Below, in pieces: positions 18,263 to 28,616 of a stretch of DNA of 64,000 nt (its first letter is position 1; every line of letters begins with the position of its first letter). The DNA lies in contig CAVYGQ010000001.1 of assembly GCA_963768175.1 (NCBI GenBank), positions 574,305 to 638,304 of the forward strand, in the 5' to 3' direction. The translations under genes and the position numbers were made by a program. This DNA comes from Candidatus Doudnabacteria bacterium (GTDB lineage: Bacteria > Patescibacteriota > Doudnabacteria > UBA920). The notes beneath the pieces were generated by a model. The model did not search any database. It saw only the letters and a program-made list of their open reading frames with translations, and was not told the origin of the DNA.

Positions 18263-18649
18263 GGCTAAGCCCAAAAAACAACAAAAAACCGTACACTCAA
18301 TACAGGAGAATCAATAAAAAATTATTCTTGTATGCAGTATACGATTTTATCGCGCTCCCGATCCGGTTTAACGAAATCAGGAGCATGTATATCCGGCGCT
18401 AATTTTCTCAAATAAACCCTATCCATTTAAATGCCTAATTTTCTGGGAACATATTGCACAAAGCTTACTCAAGAAAATTAGCACCGGAGCGTATACCCAT
18501 TTGTCTCCTGTTAAAACAAACAGATAGCTATGGAATTTTTAAAGGTCACCACCTGTTACGATGATGACCTAATACTATACGCCTTTTTAGCTGCTTTGTC
18601 AAGAGTAAAAGATAAAAAAGCCAATTTTTGGCTTATTTAAGACTTTGTT

Positions 18650-19087
18650 TTATTTATTTTTCTTTGTAAATTCGTTGCTCAAAACAACAAACCTGTTATG
18701 GGCACCTTGAGTATCACCACGTTGCCAAAATAAAAGCATCTCTATAGTTCTCTGTCTTATACCGGGAAGTTTAAGATATGATTCTAATTTAGGCCTGTTG
18801 CGTGTATCAAATCTTTCGCCCTCCATATCCAAAAATTTAGCAATGTACTTATCAATCAAACCCTTCATTGTTGATAAAAACCAACCCTCTAATTCTTGCG
18901 TATCCCTTAAACCCAGCTCTTGGTTTTTTCTTTCCCATTCTTCTACAAAAGTTGGCTCGGAAAATAATATTTGACGATATAGCTCCCTTTCGTCACCGGA
19001 AAGCTTGTTTCCCGCGATTCTGTCTATAAATAAATATAGGTTTCCTAACCTCTTTGTCTCCGGGGGGACTTTGTCATAATTAGCCAT
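18650..19087 (-). CDS. hypothetical protein
   Basis: 145-aa ORF, no recognised domain. Confidence 0.4.
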   Translation of the reverse strand: MANYDKVPPETKRLGNLYLFIDRIAGNKLSGDERELYRQILFSEPTFVEEWERKNQELGLRDTQELEGWFLSTMKGLIDKYIAKFLDMEGERFDTRNRPKLESYLKLPGIRQRTIEMLLFWQRGDTQGAHNRFVVLSNEFTKKNK

Positions 19088-19143
19088 ATATAAAGATTAT
19101 GTTTATTATTTCCTACATTCTACCACAAAACGTAAAAACCTAT

Positions 19144-20817
19144 TTAGTAATCCATCCCGCCCATGCCTCCCATGCCGCCCGGCATACCGCCGGCAGGAGC
19201 CGAAGTCTTGGGCTCGGGCTTGTCTACCACAATGGCCTCGGTGGTAACTAAAGTAGAAGCGATGGATACGGCGTTTTCCAAAGCCAAACGAGTAACCTTT
19301 AACGGGTCAACAATCCCGGCTTTCATCATGTTTTCTACCATTCCGGTCTGCCAGTTCGCCTCGTCATATTTGGCAAAATCATAACCAGCATGAGGACCGC
19401 CGGTCTGGATAAAAGTAATAATACCGGTCGGCTCAACACCGCTGTTTTGGGCAATTTGCCTTAACGGCGCTTCCAGCGCGGCGCGGACGATTTTATAACC
19501 CATTCGGTGAGCGCCGCTGACTTTATTCATTTCTTTTTCCAACAACGGGACAATTTTTACTAAAGCCGCGCCGCCACCGGCCACAATTCCCTCTTCTACC
19601 GCCGCTTTGGTGGCATTAAGCGCGTCTTCAATTTTAAACTTCTTGACTTTCATTTCGGTTTCCGTAAACGCGCCGACTTTAATTACGCCCACGCCGCCGG
19701 CCAAACGGGCCATGCGTTCCTGCAGCTTTTCCTTGTCGTAATCCGAAGTAGAAGCCTTATATTCAGCTTTTATTTGGTTGACGCGGTCGTCTATTTTTCT
19801 CTTGTCGCCTGCGCCGCCGACAATGGTGGTAAACTCCTTGGTGGCAATAACTTTTCTGGCCTTGCCCAAATCCACCAATTCGGTTTTATCCAATTTCAAA
19901 CCTAAATCTTTGGTTATAACATTGCCGCCGGTTAATACGGCAATATCCTGAAGCATTTCTTTGCGCCTGTCGCCAAAACCCGGAGCCTTGACCGCCAAAA
20001 CGTTAAAGGTGCCGCGGATTTTATTGACCACAAAAGTGGCCAGAGCTTCGCCTTCAACTTCATCAGCAATTATGACCAAATCTTTTTTGCCGCTTTGTGC
20101 GACCTTTTCCAAAATCGGCAAAACGTCCTGGACAGAGGAAACCTTTTCGTCCGTAATTAAAATATAGGAATCTTCCCAGACGGCTTCCATACGTTCGGCG
20201 TTGGTGACCATGTAAGGATTTACAAAACCTTTGTCAAAACGCATGCCTTTAACCACTTCTTTTTCCAAACCCGTGGTCTGGCCTTCTTCCACGGTAATAA
20301 CCCCTTCGTGTCCGACCTCTTCCATGGCTTCGGCTATCAGTTTGCCGACTTCCGCGTCCAAAGAAGCAATGGTTGCGACCTGCTGGATTTCTTCTTTGTT
20401 TTTGACGTCCTTTTTGACTTTGGAAAGCTCGCTGACAACGAATTTAACCGCGTTGTCCATGCCTTTCTTAATTTCGTTGGCCTGGGTGCTGGCCAAAGCC
20501 GCGGCTTCAAAGGCCTCCTGAATCATTGTCTGGGCCAAAACCGTGGCCGTGGTCGTGCCGTCACCAGCAGCTTCGTTGGTCTTATTGGCCACTTCCTGAA
20601 TTAAGGATGCGCCTAGGTTCTCAAACTTGTCTTCCAGCTCAATTTCCTTGGCAACCGTGACGCCGTCGTCGGTAATGGTGGGGCTGCCAAAGCCTTTGTC
20701 TAAAATAACCGCCTTGCCGGTTGGGCCAAGCGTAACCCTAACCGCGTTAGCGGCCTTGTCTACGCCGGCTTTAATGGCCTGCTTGGCGTCAAAACCATAC
20801 TTGATAATTTTGCTCAT
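19144..20817 (-). CDS. groL: chaperonin GroEL
   Basis: 557 aa. Canonical GroEL N-terminus and GGM-repeat C-terminus ([15 protein letters not shown]). Confidence 0.95.
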   Translation of the reverse strand: MSKIIKYGFDAKQAIKAGVDKAANAVRVTLGPTGKAVILDKGFGSPTITDDGVTVAKEIELEDKFENLGASLIQEVANKTNEAAGDGTTTATVLAQTMIQEAFEAAALASTQANEIKKGMDNAVKFVVSELSKVKKDVKNKEEIQQVATIASLDAEVGKLIAEAMEEVGHEGVITVEEGQTTGLEKEVVKGMRFDKGFVNPYMVTNAERMEAVWEDSYILITDEKVSSVQDVLPILEKVAQSGKKDLVIIADEVEGEALATFVVNKIRGTFNVLAVKAPGFGDRRKEMLQDIAVLTGGNVITKDLGLKLDKTELVDLGKARKVIATKEFTTIVGGAGDKRKIDDRVNQIKAEYKASTSDYDKEKLQERMARLAGGVGVIKVGAFTETEMKVKKFKIEDALNATKAAVEEGIVAGGGAALVKIVPLLEKEMNKVSGAHRMGYKIVRAALEAPLRQIAQNSGVEPTGIITFIQTGGPHAGYDFAKYDEANWQTGMVENMMKAGIVDPLKVTRLALENAVSIASTLVTTEAIVVDKPEPKTSAPAGGMPGGMGGMGGMDY

Positions 20818-20926
20818 ATTTTACTCCGTAAAATCTCTACTAAATACGAAAGAGTATTAAAGATACTAAAACTGACAAAACCTAATTTAGTATATTTCGT
20901 ATATTTTAGTATTTAGTAGAAAATAA

Positions 20927-21232
20927 TTATTCAATTAATGCTAAAATGTCGGAATCGTCCTTTTCTTTCCCGACGTATAAAATTTTATATTCCTCTTTTT
21001 TTCCTTTTTCATCAATCTCCACTTCTTCGCCGGCGTATTTGCCAAAGACCACGGTATCGCCCACTTTTAACCCGAGCGCGGCTATTTCACTGCCGTTGCC
21101 TAACTCCACAATTTTGCCTTGGGCTTTTTTTTCTTTGTCCGCCGTATCCGGCAAGACAATTCCGGACTTGGTTACTTCCTCGCTGGAAAGCTGTTTTACC
21201 AGTACACGGTTTCCTAAAGGTTTTACTTTCAT
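20927..21232 (-). CDS. groS: co-chaperonin GroES
   Basis: MKVKPLGNRVLVK...GKYAGEEVEIDEKG... Confidence 0.9.
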   Translation of the reverse strand: MKVKPLGNRVLVKQLSSEEVTKSGIVLPDTADKEKKAQGKIVELGNGSEIAALGLKVGDTVVFGKYAGEEVEIDEKGKKEEYKILYVGKEKDDSDILALIE

Positions 21233-21356
21233 AGATTACCTCTATATCTATCGTCATGTTGTAGCGTGCCCATTTATGGGCCTCTTAGATAGGTTGCCGA
21301 TAAATCGGCGCGCTACATAACGCGCGATAAAAATTAATTATTTTCGATTGTTTAGA

Positions 21357-21383
21357 TTATCACTCTTAGACTTTGAGTGCTAA
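21357..21383. promoter_or_regulatory. CIRCE operator (HrcA site) upstream of groES
   Basis: TTATCACTC-N9-GAGTGCTAA against the consensus TTAGCACTC-N9-GAGTGCTAA, one mismatch. About 125 nt upstream of the groES start. Confidence 0.7.
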
Positions 21384-21569
21384 AAGCATTTTATATCAAT
21401 AATAAGGCCTCTGTCAACCCCGTTAGAAGTCAAGCGCCAAAGGCGCTTGCCGATGCCCTTGGCGTCGGACTTCTAACGGGGTCAAGGGGAGTGATAAATA
21501 AAAAACCATGGCTCGTGCCAAGATATAATAGCATTATTTGAACTTAATTATCAACTGGCTTAACAATAG

Positions 21570-22484
21570 CTATCCCACAAAAAACTTAGCCAAAAGTTCC
21601 CGCTGTTTGCTTTGCGGATGGAACGAAAGTTCGTCTTCCAAAACCAAAATAAACTCTTCCCGGCGGATTTTGGGCAGCTGCCAGGAACGCAAGACCTTTT
21701 CCAACCAACGGCCAAATCCCCCGCTTAAGCTTTGTTCCAACGCCCGCTGCAGTCGGGAGGAATTTTTTATTTCCGACGGCATGGGTTCAAAATTAGGAAA
21801 AAACGTTTGTACCCACGCACGGTTTATTTGCTGGAATTCGGCGACGGTGCGGCCGTAAACCAAGGGCCGCAGTTTGGCGTACTCCCAAGCCGTATACAAA
21901 TTCCGCAGCTCCGTTACGGTTTTTACCCCGGCCAAATAATGATTTAAGCAAAACCGGCCGGCAATTTTTTTGCCGTGGCGGCGCAGGCCTAAAATTTGGA
22001 AATAAGCCGTAGCCGCGGTGCGCCCGAGCCATAAAAATTTCGGTTCTATTATAATTAACAAATCAATATCGGAATCGGGTTTTTGGACTCCCTGTGCCTG
22101 GCTGCCGGCCAGCGCCACTCCGCGCATAAAAGGCAAATATCTTAGGCCGCCGATAAATTTCCTGATGCGTCTTTCCCGCCCGATGCCATAAATGTAATTT
22201 GCCAGACGTTGTTCTATAATGCCGCTTCGCCCTTTTAAGCAATAAAAGCCGCTTTTTTGCTCCGTTTCATTTTGGCATTCTTCGTCAAAACACCTTAAGA
22301 CCTCATCAATACTAATTTTTTGATTATCATCCGCCGATTCACTAATTAATTCCCAACTGGTATTAATTTGACTTTTTAAAAATTGGGCATCGGCCAATAA
22401 AAATTTGTGCAATTCCAAAAGCGTTACAGGATAGTCCTGCAAATCAAAAAATTTTAAGGTAGATAAAATTCTCTGTTTTAGCAT
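21570..22484 (-). CDS. nucleotidyltransferase-fold protein
   Basis: GSQAQGVQKPDSDIDLLII is a pol-beta-type NTase motif; 304 aa. Confidence 0.5.
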   Translation of the reverse strand: MLKQRILSTLKFFDLQDYPVTLLELHKFLLADAQFLKSQINTSWELISESADDNQKISIDEVLRCFDEECQNETEQKSGFYCLKGRSGIIEQRLANYIYGIGRERRIRKFIGGLRYLPFMRGVALAGSQAQGVQKPDSDIDLLIIIEPKFLWLGRTAATAYFQILGLRRHGKKIAGRFCLNHYLAGVKTVTELRNLYTAWEYAKLRPLVYGRTVAEFQQINRAWVQTFFPNFEPMPSEIKNSSRLQRALEQSLSGGFGRWLEKVLRSWQLPKIRREEFILVLEDELSFHPQSKQRELLAKFFVG

Positions 22485-22521
22485 ATGTTGAGATAAAATG
22501 CTATCGCATTTTATGCTTACA

Positions 22522-22866
22522 CTATAGACCCAACTTGTCTAAAGTAATTTCTTCCCAATCGTCAAACCCTTCTGCTCTATATACCCGAAGCTTATGGAAA
22601 AATTCTGTTTCGGAAAATTTATACTGCGTTTGGGCGGATTGCCCGGCGCGGTGGCTGTACATTTCCTTTTTTTCCAAAACCACGGGGCGGTTTTCCCGGA
22701 CCAGCTTAAATTTCCCGGAAGGATTTTCAAAAATTAAGATATCCTGAGTGCCCTGCTTTATGGGTCCGTCCTGGGTGTCCATAATTAGATCTTCGTGGGT
22801 TAGCTTCACGTTTTTAAAATTTTTTTGCGCTATTTCCACTAATTGTTGCCATTTTTCTTCTATCAT
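22522..22866 (-). CDS. hypothetical protein
   Basis: 114-aa ORF. Confidence 0.35.
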   Translation of the reverse strand: MIEEKWQQLVEIAQKNFKNVKLTHEDLIMDTQDGPIKQGTQDILIFENPSGKFKLVRENRPVVLEKKEMYSHRAGQSAQTQYKFSETEFFHKLRVYRAEGFDDWEEITLDKLGL

Positions 22867-24367
22867 TGGCTTGCTCCTTTATTAGCGGGCAGAACTTTTA
22901 ATGCATCCGCTATGCTTTGGACTTTTTTTAGAACTTCATCTTCATCAATTGTTAATAGCTTCCCGTCCTCCATAACCAATTGCCCGTTAATTATTGAATC
23001 AACCACATCTCCCCCGCTGGTATTATAGACCAAAGTGGAATAAATGTCGTAGCCGGCTTTTTGTAAATCAACAACAATCATGTCCGCCTGTTTGCCGGTC
23101 TCCAGGGAACCGATTTGGCTATCCAGCCCCAAAATTTTGGCTCCATTGATGGTAGCCATACGGACAATTTCCTCGGGGTCTATGGTTTTGCCGTCAGCAC
23201 AAAATTTTTGTCCGGCCGTGCCCGCCTCGACTCTGCGTCGTTGTAGCCGTGGCCGAGTTCGACCTGTCTCGCCTCGTCAAAACCTACATCCGAACCGAGG
23301 CGGGCGCGAGGCGGGCAATTCAAATGCCCGTTTGCGGCAAAACGCATTTGCGCAAACATGTCCAAGTTACTGCTCGGCTCGCCGTCGGTACCAAAAGCCA
23401 CCGTAATATTTTTGTCCAGCATAGCCGGGGCCGGTGTCAGCGGTGTAGATAAATTATATTCGCTTATTGGGTTAAACGATACGCCGACGTTGGGATACTG
23501 CGCTAGCTCGCTGATTTCGTCATCGGTCAGGTCCACGGCGTGGGCTAAAACAATTTTATTGCGCAGTAGCCCGGCCTGTGTTATTAACCCAAGCGGAGTA
23601 AGATTATATTTGGCCAAAGAATCCGCCCTCGCCTGAGCATCTTCCTCAAAATGGATGTGAATAAGAAAATTTTTGGCTAAGGCGTAATCGGAAATTTGAC
23701 GCAATTCAGCCGCGGTATAATCCAAAAGCGGGTTCGGCGCCAGGGAAAAACCGATAAGCGAATTGTTTTGGTTTTGCTTTACAATACCATCGTTAAAGGT
23801 AATTTGGCCATTTTGCTCGGTGGTTGGGATCCTTAACACGGTCCGCATCCCGGAAACCTCCGTGGCCGAAGCGGCCTGTTCTGGGGAAAAATACATATCG
23901 TTAAAAACGGTGGTACCGCTTTTAATCATTTTGTCTTCGGCCAAAAGCGTCCCCCAATACACGTCGTCGGGAGTTATACGCGACTCTAATACCGACATAG
24001 TGTTTAGCCACGGCTCCAGCGCTTCCCCGCTGCCCAAGCCGGTTAGCAAAGTCATAGCGGAATGCGCGTGGGTGTTTACCAGGCCGGGCATAACTAACTT
24101 GCCACTCACATTAATGATTTTTGACGCCCTGATGCCGGCCGGAGCCGTGCCCTCTCCCAAAGCGATGATTTTCCCGTCTTTTATTTCAACCCATCCCGGA
24201 TTATAAATATCGGAGTGCGCGTCCATGGTTAAAACTTCGGCGTTGGTGATAAGAATGTCCGCCGTGTAATTATTTTTTATGGCTGGCTGATGAGAACTAA
24301 AATGCCAAAATAAAAAACCGGCAACAACAAACAAAAGTAAAACGGAAAAAACTACCTTTTTTCGCAC
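22863..24367 (-). pseudogene. metal-dependent amidohydrolase (MtaD / guanine-deaminase-like) split into two frames by a GC-rich palindromic insertion
   Basis: N-terminal ORF 23180-24367 carries PGLVNTHAHS. C-terminal ORF 22863-23159 carries ATINGAKILGL...GKQADMIVVDL. A ~100-bp GC-rich palindromic element at ~23196-23300 separates the frames. Confidence 0.55.
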
Positions 24368-24402
24368 TGTTAAAATGTTTAGATACTTAAAAGTCTAAAT
24401 GA

Positions 24403-24645
24403 TTACTGTAAACCCTGAAGCGGCGCAATATAAGCGCTGTTTAAACTACTTAAAGCAAAAGGCAAAATAAACAAAGCAGCCAAGAGCGGCAACACTACCA
24501 AAATAAGAGTAATGTATAACTGCCATTTCATGTAATTCTTGGTCTTGCGGGTGTTCTCATAAATTGCGAGCAGCATTTCGTCGGTGGTGGGTTTTGGAAC
24601 TTCACTTGTTGTTGGCGCGGGCACTGGAGTTGTGTTGTTTTCCAT
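24403..24645 (-). CDS. small membrane protein
   Basis: 80 aa, C-terminal TM helix. Confidence 0.35.
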   Translation of the reverse strand: MENNTTPVPAPTTSEVPKPTTDEMLLAIYENTRKTKNYMKWQLYITLILVVLPLLAALFILPFALSSLNSAYIAPLQGLQ

Positions 24646-24654
24646 ATAGATTTT

Positions 24655-24897
24655 TTAATTTTTTGGGGATGCTACTCCAAAACGAAATGTATCTTTTTCA
24701 AAAAATTGATTTTTATAAGTGCAATATAGTTCTGGGGGTAAACTTTTCGTTTGACCTTGGGTAATTTTCCCACCCATTTCAACACATTCTTTATAACTGT
24801 TTGGCGTTCTTAAACCAAAAGTCCATCGGATAGGGGCAAAAAAGTACCAACATATCAGTACCACCAAGACAGGCAAAATAATTATTGATTTTTTCAT
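24655..24897 (-). CDS. small secreted Cys-containing protein (DUF333-like)
   Basis: Signal peptide; CVEMGG...YC pattern. Confidence 0.35.
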   Translation of the reverse strand: MKKSIIILPVLVVLICWYFFAPIRWTFGLRTPNSYKECVEMGGKITQGQTKSLPPELYCTYKNQFFEKDTFRFGVASPKN

Positions 24898-24978
24898 TAT
24901 AATTCCTTTCTAAGATTATTGTAGCATATTGTAGCTTGCCCATTTATGGGCTTCTTAAAAAGCCGATAAATCGGCACA

Positions 24979-25911
24979 CTACACTTGGCACTTGGGACAA
25001 AAACTCCCTGTCCTTCCGCCTATTTTAGTTGCCTCGATGATACTGCCACATTTTTTGCACTTCTGCCCTTTGCGGCCGTAAACAAAATGGAACTTCCCCA
25101 TTTGCCCCCAGCTGCCGTCAGTGCGCACAAAGTCGCCGACACTGGATCCTTTGGCTTTTATAGCTTTAATAAGCACAAGCTTTATCCATTTATATATGGC
25201 TAATAATTCTTTGCCGCTCAACGATGAAACCTTACGCGTTGGCCTGACGCCGGCGTGGAATAAAATTTCATCGGAGTAAATATTGCCGATGCCCGCCACA
25301 AAATGGCTGTCCATAAGCAGTTGCTTAATGGAAATTTTTCTCTTGTTGACTTTTCGCGCGGCCGCGCGAAAAGTCAACAAGGTATATTTTTTATCCAACG
25401 GCTCGGGACCGTATTCCTGCAATTCTCTGACTCGATCAAGCTCGCTCTCGCGCACTAACTTTAAGTAGCCGAATTTCCGAATGTCGTTGAAATAAAGATG
25501 GCTACCGTCTGTAAATGTAAAAACCACGTGCGTATGTTTGGAAGGCAAAAGTTCCAGCGGCGCCGTCAGCTTATTTAGTAATCGAAACTTTCCGCCAGTT
25601 CTTTTCCGTAAAGCTTTGTCCTCAAAAATAAACTGCCCGGTCATTTTAAGGTGGGCCAGCATAAAAAACGGACCCGAAAGATTGAATATCAACAACTTCG
25701 CCCGACGCTTAACCGATATAATTTTTTTTCCTTTTAGTAAACTTATAAACTTATCAGCCGACCGCTTATCGGCTTTCCTGATATTACTGGCGACTCCCGG
25801 GCCGACGGCAACCATTTTTGGCGCGTTAACCACAACCGATTTTATTGTCCGGTTTTTTAATTTGCGGTTAAGCTCGCCGGCGATAGTTTGGACTTCGGGA
25901 AGTTCAGGCAT
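24979..25911 (-). CDS. fpg: formamidopyrimidine-DNA glycosylase
   Basis: MPELPEVQTIAGEL N-terminus, H2TH region, C-terminal CKKCG...CPKCQ zinc finger. Confidence 0.85.
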   Translation of the reverse strand: MPELPEVQTIAGELNRKLKNRTIKSVVVNAPKMVAVGPGVASNIRKADKRSADKFISLLKGKKIISVKRRAKLLIFNLSGPFFMLAHLKMTGQFIFEDKALRKRTGGKFRLLNKLTAPLELLPSKHTHVVFTFTDGSHLYFNDIRKFGYLKLVRESELDRVRELQEYGPEPLDKKYTLLTFRAAARKVNKRKISIKQLLMDSHFVAGIGNIYSDEILFHAGVRPTRKVSSLSGKELLAIYKWIKLVLIKAIKAKGSSVGDFVRTDGSWGQMGKFHFVYGRKGQKCKKCGSIIEATKIGGRTGSFCPKCQV

Positions 25912-26020
25912 AAGGTTAATGACAAAAATTAAAAAAATGACATAAATGACAAAATTTTAAATTAAACCGCGGAGCTATTTTTATTATTTTTGCTCATTTT
26001 TGTCATTTTTGTTCATTTCC
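25912..26020. repeat. inverted-repeat element with AATGACAAAAAT / ATTTTTGTCATT arms in the fpg 5' region
   Basis: A second, larger copy lies at 52915-53090 at the HIT gene 5' end. Contains TGGTATAAT-type -10 boxes on both strands. Confidence 0.55.
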
Positions 26021-26062
26021 ATTATACCATCAAAAACCCAGGCATGATATAATTAATAAACC

Positions 26063-27577
26063 ATGAAACAATTCCCCGATTTCCTAAAATCAATCCCGCA
26101 TAAATTCAGCCCTAAAGAAGAGCAGATTTTAAAGCATGCCTATGAATTTGCCTACAAAGCCCACGAGGGACAAAAGCGCAAAAACGGCGACACATATTTT
26201 TTACATCCCCGGGAAGCAGCAGTAATTTTAGGGCAAATTTTCCCAGATCCCTCCACTTTAGCCGCAACCCTTTTGCACGACGTGCCCGAAGATACCAGTA
26301 TTTCTTTGGATAAACTGGAAGAGGAATTCGGCCCGGAAATCGCGCACCTAATTGACGGCGTCACCCAGCTAGGACAGGTACGGATGAAGGACAGCAAAGA
26401 CAAATTTTACGTGGAAAATCTGCGCAAATTGTTTATCGCCACCAGCCAGGACATCCGCGTTATACTAATCAAGCTGGCCGACCGCATCCACAACATGCGC
26501 ACCATTGAATTTATTCCTCCGGAAAAACAACTCAAGGTTGCGGGTGAAACTCTGGAAATTTACGCGCCCATTGCCGCCCGCCTGGGCATTGGCAATTGGA
26601 AAGACGAACTGGAAGATTTGTCCTTTAAAATTGTTTACCCCAAAGAGTACGAGGATACCAAAAAGCTTCTGGCCGAGGAGCTAAAGAGCCGCGAAGAAAG
26701 CGTCAAAGAAATGGAAAAAATGCTTAACCATACTTTGCGCACCGAGGGCATTAAATATTTAGAAATTAACGGACGCGTAAAACGCCTATATTCGCTGTTC
26801 AGGAAAATGCAAAAATATCAAAACGACATAACCAAAATCCACGATATAATCGCGCTGAGGATTATCACCAAATCCACCGCCGACTGCTACGCGGCTTTGG
26901 GCATAATCCACAAACACTTCCAGCCGCTGCCCGGACGGATTAAAGATTACATTGCCACCCCCAAGCCCAACGGCTACCAAAGCCTGCACACCACCGTATT
27001 CAATAAGGAAGGCAAGACTTTTGAAATCCAAATCCGAACCGACCTAATGCACGAGGAGGCCGAGCGCGGGGTAGCCGCGCACTGGTTTTACGCCGAAGAG
27101 GGCAAACCAGAAGCCATAGGCAGGGTGCAGGCCAACTGGATTAAAGAGCTGCAAAGCTGGCAGGAAGAAACCCAAAATCCCGAAGAATTTTTGGAAAGCC
27201 TGAAAATCGATTTTTTCCGCGACCGGATTTTTGTCTTTACCCCCAAAGGCGACATTAAAGATTTGCCGGCCGGCGCCAGCGTCATAGATTTTGCCTTTGC
27301 CGTGCACACCGACTTGGGCTACCACATGATGGGCGCTAAAATTAACGGCAAAATGAAAAGTATTTATGACGAGCTGGATAACGAAGACACCGTGGAAATT
27401 ATCAAGACCAAAAAAGAAGCGGTCATTTCCCGCGACTGGCTCAAAGCCGCCAAGACCCACAGCGCGCGCAACCGCATCCGCCACTACCTGCACGAGCACG
27501 ACAAAGGCATTTTTGACCGGATTAAGGAATTAAAACTCAAAGATTTCTCTCTGCCGAAGTTTTTTAGGAAGAAATAG
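26063..27577 (+). CDS. rel: short bifunctional (p)ppGpp synthetase/hydrolase (RelA/SpoT homolog: HD + synthetase + TGS)
   Basis: HD motif LLHDVPEDT; synthetase region ALRIITKS...GYQSLHTTV; TGS-like GAKINGK. 504 aa, no ACT domain. Confidence 0.8.
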   Translation: MKQFPDFLKSIPHKFSPKEEQILKHAYEFAYKAHEGQKRKNGDTYFLHPREAAVILGQIFPDPSTLAATLLHDVPEDTSISLDKLEEEFGPEIAHLIDGVTQLGQVRMKDSKDKFYVENLRKLFIATSQDIRVILIKLADRIHNMRTIEFIPPEKQLKVAGETLEIYAPIAARLGIGNWKDELEDLSFKIVYPKEYEDTKKLLAEELKSREESVKEMEKMLNHTLRTEGIKYLEINGRVKRLYSLFRKMQKYQNDITKIHDIIALRIITKSTADCYAALGIIHKHFQPLPGRIKDYIATPKPNGYQSLHTTVFNKEGKTFEIQIRTDLMHEEAERGVAAHWFYAEEGKPEAIGRVQANWIKELQSWQEETQNPEEFLESLKIDFFRDRIFVFTPKGDIKDLPAGASVIDFAFAVHTDLGYHMMGAKINGKMKSIYDELDNEDTVEIIKTKKEAVISRDWLKAAKTHSARNRIRHYLHEHDKGIFDRIKELKLKDFSLPKFFRKK

Positions 27578-27621
27578 CGACACTAATACACGAATTGCAC
27601 ACGAATGACACGAATACAAAG

Positions 27622-27658
27622 ATGCCCATTGCGTTGCGCAATGGGCATCTTTGTATAA
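27622..27658. terminator. bidirectional intrinsic terminator
   Basis: Perfect hairpin AAAGATGCCCATTGCGTTGCGCAATGGGCATCTTT between convergent genes. Confidence 0.6.
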
Positions 27659-27665
27659 TAGCAAT

Positions 27666-27869
27666 CTATTCCGGTTTCTTTTCCGGATCTTCCATCCTAG
27701 ATTTCATTCTTTTGTTTAAATAGGCCTCCACTCTCGCCAATTGTTGCCATGCCTCAGGATTAGCGTCAGTAGCTAACCTTAGCAATTTAATAATTTCTAT
27801 TGCCTGTTCATCATTTGTGATCTCCGGGTCGCCAAATTTAGTTTCTCGTGGCTGTTTTAGCCCCTCCAT
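27666..27869 (-). CDS. hypothetical small protein
   Basis: 67-aa ORF. Confidence 0.3.
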   Translation of the reverse strand: MEGLKQPRETKFGDPEITNDEQAIEIIKLLRLATDANPEAWQQLARVEAYLNKRMKSRMEDPEKKPE

Positions 27870-28124
27870 TTTCTGTCAATATATTCCTGCTCTCCGGGTT
27901 CCATAAATTTTCCTTTCTAAATTTACTTTTTTATCGCCTTTATACTATATTACTCTCTCTATGCTTGTCAAAAATTAAAAAAACTCCCCATTTGGGAAGT
28001 TTCTGTTAAGGTCATTATTGCTCAGTTAAGAGATCCTTCGCTCGGATGCACTCGCTCAGGATGACGCCGAGGTATGGAGTTTACAGCGTGTAATCCGCGT
28101 AAATATCCGCGTGTAATCCGCGGT

Positions 28125-28616
28125 TTAATACGCTATTGTATGCTTGGTATAGCCAGGCTTGTGATCAAGTAACTCCGATGGAGCAAACCAGACGGCAATC
28201 TCGGCCGCGGCTTCTTCAGGGCTGCCGGAGGCGTGAACTAAATTATACACGCCCATTTTTTTGCTGTCGGCGTGCTTAAACGAAACATGGGAAAAGTCGC
28301 CGCGGATGGTTCCGGGAGCGGCGGCCTTTGGCTCCGTTGGCCCCACCATTTTGCGCACAATTTCCACGGCTTCCACGCCTTCCAAACAAAGCGCGACAAC
28401 CGGACCGGACATGAGCATTTCTATCATTAAGTCCCTCACATGCTGGCCGCGTCTTTTGGCCAAGTCTTCGGTATAATGTTTTGCTGCATGCTCTTTTCCC
28501 GGCAAAAGCATTTTAAGGCCGGCAATTTTTAAACCCACGCGCTCAAAACGCGCTGTTATTTCACCCACCAAGCCGCGGTCAACGGCATCGGGTTTTAAAA
28601 GCACTAGTGTTCGTTC
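28125..28616 (-). CDS. ndk: nucleoside diphosphate kinase
   Basis: MERTLVLLKPDAV...NLVHASGS. Likely start at the internal Met. Confidence 0.9.
   Translation of the reverse strand, partial: ERTLVLLKPDAVDRGLVGEITARFERVGLKIAGLKMLLPGKEHAAKHYTEDLAKRRGQHVRDLMIEMLMSGPVVALCLEGVEAVEIVRKMVGPTEPKAAAPGTIRGDFSHVSFKHADSKKMGVYNLVHASGSPEEAAAEIAVWFAPSELLDHKPGYTKHTIAY

Noticed and set aside
25538-25945. 135-aa plus ORF
   Set aside because: Antisense to fpg.
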